From: Myxococcota bacterium | GTDB taxonomy: Bacteria; Myxococcota_A; UBA796; UBA2385 | NCBI GenBank assembly: GCA_044344255.1 | Contig: JBIJDH010000007.1 | Span: 214,082 to 278,081, forward strand | Reading direction: 5' to 3' | DNA: 64,000 nt | Shown: piece by piece, positions 58,817-64,000 of the stretch | Numbering within the stretch: position 1 is the first letter of the stretch | Layout: every line of letters begins with the position of its first letter | Made by a program: the position numbers and the translations under genes | The notes under the pieces: model-generated | Told to the model about the DNA's origin: nothing | Database searches by the model: none | Seen by the model: only the letters and a program-made list of their open reading frames with translations

Positions 58817-59902
58817 TTACAGGCGGTGGCGAGCGGCGAACAAGGCCTGCCAACGTGGCTCGGGCCGAGTGCTCACGTGTTGCTCGAGGTAACGCCGCAA
58901 TCGAACGAGGTCTTCGGCGTTCTCCTTGACCGCCGCGCCGGCCATGCTCTCGATGACATCCGCCGGAGTGGCGGGCGCCCGCGCCACGTAGTGGGCGCGA
59001 ACACCGATCGCGTGCGCGACCGCGACCGCCTCCGCGGTCGACAACACGGTGGAGAGCTTGTCCGCAGGGTTGCCCTCTCTCGTCTCTCCGCTTCGAAGTT
59101 CACGAAACGTCGTGACCAGCACATCGAGCACGTCGTCCGAAGGGACCTCGGGAACACCCGAGGCAGCGAGCAGGCGGGCGGCCTCCGTCCGCACCAGCTC
59201 CAGCTCGGTGGCAAGATCGGCGATCGGGAAGACGGTCTCGTAGTTGAACCTGCGCTTCAGCGCAGCGCTCATCTCATTGACCCCGCGATCGCGGGTGTTG
59301 GCCGTGCCGATGAGGTTGAAGCCGTCCCGCGCAAACAAGAGCCCATCGGCGCCGTCGAGCTCCGGGATCGCCAACACCCGGTCGGACAACACCGACAACA
59401 GCGCGTCCTGCACCTCGAGCGGGCACCGGGTGATCTCTTCGAAGCGGACGATCTTGCCCCGCTTCATCGCGAGGTAGACGGGTGCGGGGACCAATGCTCG
59501 GCCGCTGGGCCCCTCTGCCAGCAGCAAGGCGTAGTTCCAGCTGTACTTGATCTGATCCTCCGTGGTGGCCGCTGAACCTTGGATCGTGAGCGTGGAGATC
59601 CCGCTGATCGCCGCGGCCAAGAGCTCGGACAGCCAGCTCTTGGCCGTGCCCGGCTCGCCGATCAACATCAGGCCCCGGTTGGTGGCGAGGCTGACCATGG
59701 CCCGGTCGACGAGGGCGGGACTCCCGACGAACTTCCGAGCCAGTTCACGGGACGGATCGCCCAACACGAAGGCTCGGACCGCGGTGGGAGAGAGCTCCCA
59801 CCCCGGTGGCCGCGGGAGCACGTCGGCGGCGGTGAGCCGCGCGAGCTCGTCGGCGAAGAGCTGCTCGGCCGGTGGGCGCTGGATGCGGGGTTCGGCGGTC
59901 AC
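58817..59902 (-). CDS. yehL: MoxR-family AAA+ ATPase, YehL-like
   Basis: GEPGTAKSWLSE, YSWNYALL, RFEEITRC, ANTRDRGVNEMSAALKRRF. Confidence 0.95.
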   Translation of the reverse strand: MTAEPRIQRPPAEQLFADELARLTAADVLPRPPGWELSPTAVRAFVLGDPSRELARKFVGSPALVDRAMVSLATNRGLMLIGEPGTAKSWLSELLAAAISGISTLTIQGSAATTEDQIKYSWNYALLLAEGPSGRALVPAPVYLAMKRGKIVRFEEITRCPLEVQDALLSVLSDRVLAIPELDGADGLLFARDGFNLIGTANTRDRGVNEMSAALKRRFNYETVFPIADLATELELVRTEAARLLAASGVPEVPSDDVLDVLVTTFRELRSGETREGNPADKLSTVLSTAEAVAVAHAIGVRAHYVARAPATPADVIESMAGAAVKENAEDLVRLRRYLEQHVSTRPEPRWQALFAARHRL

Positions 59903-62900
59903 CCGCGCAGCGCCAGCATGTCGCGCACCAGCTCGCTGAACACGATCGGCGGAAGCGCCGCGAAGGTTGGCTTCTCGTCGGGGTCATTCGAGACCAGCGT
60001 CGCGCTGCAGAGGGTGTTGTCTTCCTCGGTGTACGACCACTCCGCCGCCAGTCCGGGCGTGAGGCCAAGCTCGACCGTCCAGGCGCCAAGCGGCTTGTCG
60101 TAGCTCCAGACCCCGCCCGAGTCCTGGGGCCCGCCGCGTCGCCACCCGCGCACATCCAGACCGAGCAGCTTCTTGGACTTGATCTTCACCCCATCGACGC
60201 GCGCGAGGGTGGCCCCCTTGGCCTCGGCGGCGGTCGGCGTGTAGGTGTCCCGACCGAGCTGTGGAAATGGCTGAAGGATGGCGTAGTCCGCGAAGATCTG
60301 CCCCCAGGCCGCGGAGCGGGCGGCGTCCAGATCGAGCGCGTGTACGATTCCGACCTGCCCGTCCGAAGGCAGGGAGCTCGAAGGCAGGGAGCTCGAAGGC
60401 AGGGAGCTCGAAGGCAGGGAGCTCGAAGGCAAGGAGTACGCAGCATCCTCGGCGTTGGCCAGCGTGCGGTCCTCGGCCACCCGGAAGGTGCTGACGAGCC
60501 GGCCTTCTACGTAGAGGCCCCAGACGAGGCGCCGCACGAGGTGGATGACGAGCGGATGATCGACCAGGAAGGTCTTGAACCCCGCGACCTCCCACCGCCG
60601 TTGCCGGCACATCGCCAGCTCCAGCCGGGTGATCTGCGTGGCGCTGACGGCCTTGGCGTCCTTCTTCAGGGTCTTCCACGCCTCCGCGGCGGCCTTCGCG
60701 AGCGCGGCGTCATCGGTCTTGACGGGCTTGGGCAGGTCGGGGAGCACCTTGCCGTCGGCCCCACGGAGCAGGGGCTTGAGCTCCTCGTCGAAGTGAATGG
60801 TGAACTGCCGAGGTCCAAAGTCGAGCGTGCGCGAGCCGTCCTCCTCGAGATCGAGATCGGGCACGAGGCGGTCGGCGAGGTCTTCGGTGGTGAGCCCACG
60901 ATCCGCGGCCACCTCAGCCACCTTCTCTTTCGCCCGCTCCTGAAGAGCCTTGAAGCGGATCTTCTCGGCGATGCCGTTGAGGTGCATCAGCGCGACGTCG
61001 GTGCCGATCTTCGCCAGCACGTCGAGCCCCACGACCGCGCGGGCCTGCGCCGCCTCTCCGGGCCAGGCACGGATGAGCGGGGTCAGCCGGCGTGCGCTCT
61101 CGTCTCCCCCAAACACCGCGACGGCCTGGAACGCCCAGCCCTCCTTGCTCGGCCCGCCCGCGAGGTTCCAGGTGTTGAACAGGGACCACGCGAACGCTTC
61201 GAGCGACTCGGGATCGCAGGCTTCACGCACATCCTCCAGGCCCGCGTAGGGAGCGTCGGGTGCCGAGAAGGCCAACATCTCGGCCAGGGCGTCGACCGCC
61301 GCGAGGGGAAGGGCCCGCTCCCGCCCTCGGAGCCGCGGACGAACCAGGCTGCTCGCGTCCCAGAAGGCGGGGAGCTTCGGCGGCTTCGACGGGAACAGAT
61401 CGCGCGGATCTGCCTCGAGCACCGCGCTCGCTGCGGCGGCTGCTTCGGGGCCGTAGTTTGCCGCCACGGTGTGGACCAGGGCTTCCTGCTTCCCCTTCCC
61501 GGCCAGCCAGCGAAGCGCGGCCTCGGCCGACTGCCGCTCCTTGCCCTCGGGCCCGACCGCGATCGGGACGAGGCCGTACGCGGCGGTCTCTGGGAAGGCG
61601 CCCATCCAAGCCTCTGCGTACCTCCGCAGGCTCTTGCCGCCAAAAGCATGGGCGAAGAAGCTGGCGACCCGCACGCTGTCGACTCGGGCGAGCTGCACCG
61701 CGGTCGCGAGGGGCTGGGCCGCGGCGTAGGTCTTGAGGTAGCCGGAGACGGCGTCGAGCCCGTGCCGCGCGAGCGGCTGGCCGGCCACCTGAGCGGTGTA
61801 GGCGTAGACGGAGCCGGGGAGGGTGTTCCAGGCGGCCAGCGCCTCCGCGTCGCTCAACCCGGTCATGAAGTACAGCGCCGAGTGGCCCGAGTCCTTCTTC
61901 GCCAACGCCGCCGTCAACTCGGCCAGGGTCGTGGGGCGCCGGTAGGTCGCGATGTCCTTGAGGAGCTGTTCGCGCTCCCGCCTGGCCCAATGGATGGCCT
62001 CCGGGCGCGCCGCCGCATCCAGCCCGGTCACCACGGACGGCGCCTTCTTCTTGACCTTCTTACGCCAGGGCGGGTCCGCGAGCACCGCGGGCACCTCGCT
62101 CGCGGCGCAGTCTGGAGGCGGGCGGAGCAGGTCGCGCAGCGCAGCGATCGCGCGCTGCGACCCGCCCGGGAGCGTGGGCATTCGCGCGTCGAGCAGGCCC
62201 ACGTGGGCCCTGTCAATCCGGGTCAGGATCGCGCCCGCAGGGTCGGCGAGGCGCCCCCTCCCGGCCACGAGCGCGGAGAGCGGCGGCACGGCCAGCGCAG
62301 GATGTGCCTCAAGCCAGGCCTGGGCGTCCTCCCGGACCTGACGATCCGCGAGACACGCGGCGAGCGCCTTCGCCGACCGGGCGCCCTCGACCGCGCCCAC
62401 GAGGCCCACTACCACCTTGCGGTCGTACTCCCACTCGGTGGCGTCGATCCCCCAGATCAGGAGCGGCAACACCTCGGTCCCGTAGAACGAGAGCCAGGTT
62501 GCGCCGGCCTGCTTCACGAGGCTCCGGGCGAGCCCGTACGACTCGATGCACGCCTTCGCCAGGCGGGTCAGCACGTCGAGGGAGTACCTGACCTCCCACT
62601 CTGGGAAGACGAAGCGCATCTTCATCCACGTCTCGATGTTCTCGAACCACTCCTCCGCCACCTCGTCCGCCCAGGCGGTCTCCATCGGGAACAGGCGGAG
62701 CAGGCCCTGCTTCCGACCGTGGCCCACGGTGGGCCAGAGCTCGGCGGCGGCGGCGCGCCCGGCCGCGTAGGCCTCCTCAGACGCACCGGCGAGCCGCGCG
62801 GCGAGGTGGAGGGCATTCAGCCCGCTCGCCGAGGTCTCCCGATCGACCTCCTGTCGGGTGAGCCGAGCTCCCCCTTGCGAGTGAGGGTTGACGTCCTGGA

Positions 62901-63744
62901 GGTCGAAGCTCTGGAATCCGGAGAGGCCATCCATCGCCTTGACGGAGAAGGCGGGCCCGCCTGCCAGGAACCAGAGATCGAGCAGCGCCTCTTGCCCCGC
63001 GTAGGCGAGCTCCATTCTGGGCGTCAAGGGGCCGAAGCGCCACTTGCTACGGGAGCCGACCCCAAAGAGCACGCCCACGACGCGCTGGGTCTCCAGATCG
63101 AGGGCTTCGTTCGGGGCCTCCAGGAAGGCCCACGCCGCGTCGAACAGCGGCTGGTCCGCCGCGCTCTTGGGTTTGCCGGACCAGAGGCGGCGCAGCTCGT
63201 GCTTCCACTCTGTATAGGCCGCGGTCAGCGCGGCGATGGCCCCGGCTACGGTCGGGGGCTTCGACGCGGGGTCGATCGGCCCGCCGCGGTGCGGCGCGAC
63301 CGTGGCGACCTGGGCGGCGGTCCAGACGATGCGCTCGTCGGCGTCGGCGACCACGGCAGCAGCGGACGGAGCCGTCACGACGGGCGGAGTCACGATGGGA
63401 GCCGTCACGACGGGCGGAGTCACGATGGGAGCCGTCGCCGTCGGGGGGGCTGTCGCTACCGGCTCCAGCGCCGCTGCCTTCGCAGGCTTCGCAGGCTTCG
63501 CAGGCGCTGCCGCGGGGGTGGGCGAAGCCGCCGTCGCTCCGGTCACCTCCACGTAGCCCTTCTTCGTCTTCTCCCCGATCAGCTTGTCGTGCTCGCGTAG
63601 CGCCGCGGCCTCGTCGGCGAGCTCCTTGCGCTGGCTCGTCCCCGCTGTGCCGATTCGGCCGTACACCACGGTGAGCGACGAGCCATCCAACGCCACCTGC
63701 CAGAACTTCGACGATGTTCCTTCCGCGAACTCGAACCTGCGCAT
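59899..63744 (-). CDS. WGR + DUF4132 protein (MolR/YehI-like)
   Basis: WGR: SSKFWQV...YGRIGTAG...EKTKKGY; DUF4132: LADRLVPDLDL, RLELAM, HPL...RRLVWG, QPFPQLGR; GGAGG RBS. Confidence 0.92.
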   Translation of the reverse strand: MRRFEFAEGTSSKFWQVALDGSSLTVVYGRIGTAGTSQRKELADEAAALREHDKLIGEKTKKGYVEVTGATAASPTPAAAPAKPAKPAKAAALEPVATAPPTATAPIVTPPVVTAPIVTPPVVTAPSAAAVVADADERIVWTAAQVATVAPHRGGPIDPASKPPTVAGAIAALTAAYTEWKHELRRLWSGKPKSAADQPLFDAAWAFLEAPNEALDLETQRVVGVLFGVGSRSKWRFGPLTPRMELAYAGQEALLDLWFLAGGPAFSVKAMDGLSGFQSFDLQDVNPHSQGGARLTRQEVDRETSASGLNALHLAARLAGASEEAYAAGRAAAAELWPTVGHGRKQGLLRLFPMETAWADEVAEEWFENIETWMKMRFVFPEWEVRYSLDVLTRLAKACIESYGLARSLVKQAGATWLSFYGTEVLPLLIWGIDATEWEYDRKVVVGLVGAVEGARSAKALAACLADRQVREDAQAWLEAHPALAVPPLSALVAGRGRLADPAGAILTRIDRAHVGLLDARMPTLPGGSQRAIAALRDLLRPPPDCAASEVPAVLADPPWRKKVKKKAPSVVTGLDAAARPEAIHWARREREQLLKDIATYRRPTTLAELTAALAKKDSGHSALYFMTGLSDAEALAAWNTLPGSVYAYTAQVAGQPLARHGLDAVSGYLKTYAAAQPLATAVQLARVDSVRVASFFAHAFGGKSLRRYAEAWMGAFPETAAYGLVPIAVGPEGKERQSAEAALRWLAGKGKQEALVHTVAANYGPEAAAAASAVLEADPRDLFPSKPPKLPAFWDASSLVRPRLRGRERALPLAAVDALAEMLAFSAPDAPYAGLEDVREACDPESLEAFAWSLFNTWNLAGGPSKEGWAFQAVAVFGGDESARRLTPLIRAWPGEAAQARAVVGLDVLAKIGTDVALMHLNGIAEKIRFKALQERAKEKVAEVAADRGLTTEDLADRLVPDLDLEEDGSRTLDFGPRQFTIHFDEELKPLLRGADGKVLPDLPKPVKTDDAALAKAAAEAWKTLKKDAKAVSATQITRLELAMCRQRRWEVAGFKTFLVDHPLVIHLVRRLVWGLYVEGRLVSTFRVAEDRTLANAEDAAYSLPSSSLPSSSLPSSSLPSSSLPSDGQVGIVHALDLDAARSAAWGQIFADYAILQPFPQLGRDTYTPTAAEAKGATLARVDGVKIKSKKLLGLDVRGWRRGGPQDSGGVWSYDKPLGAWTVELGLTPGLAAEWSYTEEDNTLCSATLVSNDPDEKPTFAALPPIVFSELVRDMLALRG
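60365..60431. repeat. in-frame 15-bp tandem repeat (LPSSS)
   Basis: GAAGGCAGGGAGCTC x4 plus a partial copy. Confidence 0.95.
63368..63436. repeat. in-frame 30-bp tandem repeat in the post-WGR linker
   Basis: GGAGCCGTCACGACGGGCGGAGTCACGATG x2 plus a partial copy. Confidence 0.9.
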
Positions 63745-64000
63745 GTCGCCTCCGGAGGTCCAGCCAGTAACTGGCCAGCCCTCTGCGTAGCCACCGCGCT
63801 CGGAAGTCAGGCAACGCGCGCCGCGATCCGGGCGGTCCGTCTACGCGTGCGCTCCTGCCATACTCAACCTAAGCTGAAGTTGGCATAGGTCGAATAGCAA
63901 GAATGGCCATCAACACGGAATTTGAGACGCAGGTGGGCGTTCGCGTTCTGGCTACGCCAGGACGGGTTTGGTCCGGCGGTGCGCGATCCGGCCCGAAGCT

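Noticed and set aside
63903..64000. Start of a plus-strand gene (MAINTEFETQ...)
   Set aside because: Too short, no clear RBS, and truncated by the window edge.

Overview
Very GC-rich bacterial DNA whose gene content suggests Myxococcota/deltaproteobacteria (inference from MYXO-CTERM-like tails, acidic-linker lipoproteins and sigma54 promoters). 1-11 kb: a Tad/Flp pilus operon (flp, cpaA, cpaB, cpaC, cpaE, cpaF, tadB, tadC, tadD) running into a histidine kinase and an NtrC-like regulator with a degenerate AAA+ domain. 11-18 kb: rnd, a DUF3419/BtaA-like gene, a phosphosugar mutase and a DxxG[DN]DxY-repeat/HEAT protein. 18-42 kb: an accessory mosaic of lipoproteins, an orphan DNA methyltransferase, an Ntn acylase, katG, a short-variable-arm tRNA-Leu(UAA), a ~555-bp duplication around a broken Rpn nuclease gene with UUCG-hairpin arrays, IS91/ISCR-like ends around a low-GC gene, and several gene scraps. 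42-49 kb: a pentaheme cytochrome c, an orphan recC, infA and an amidohydrolase. 49-52 kb: the best candidate for an undescribed system, a consensus sigma54 promoter followed by a 34-aa KTGLRAG peptide, an 846-aa HExxH metallopeptidase and a CpXC protein. 53.6-63.7 kb: a yeh-type WGR-DUF4132 / MoxR AAA / DUF5682 / VWA / SWIM operon of unknown function. All family calls come from reading motifs by eye; no searches were run.
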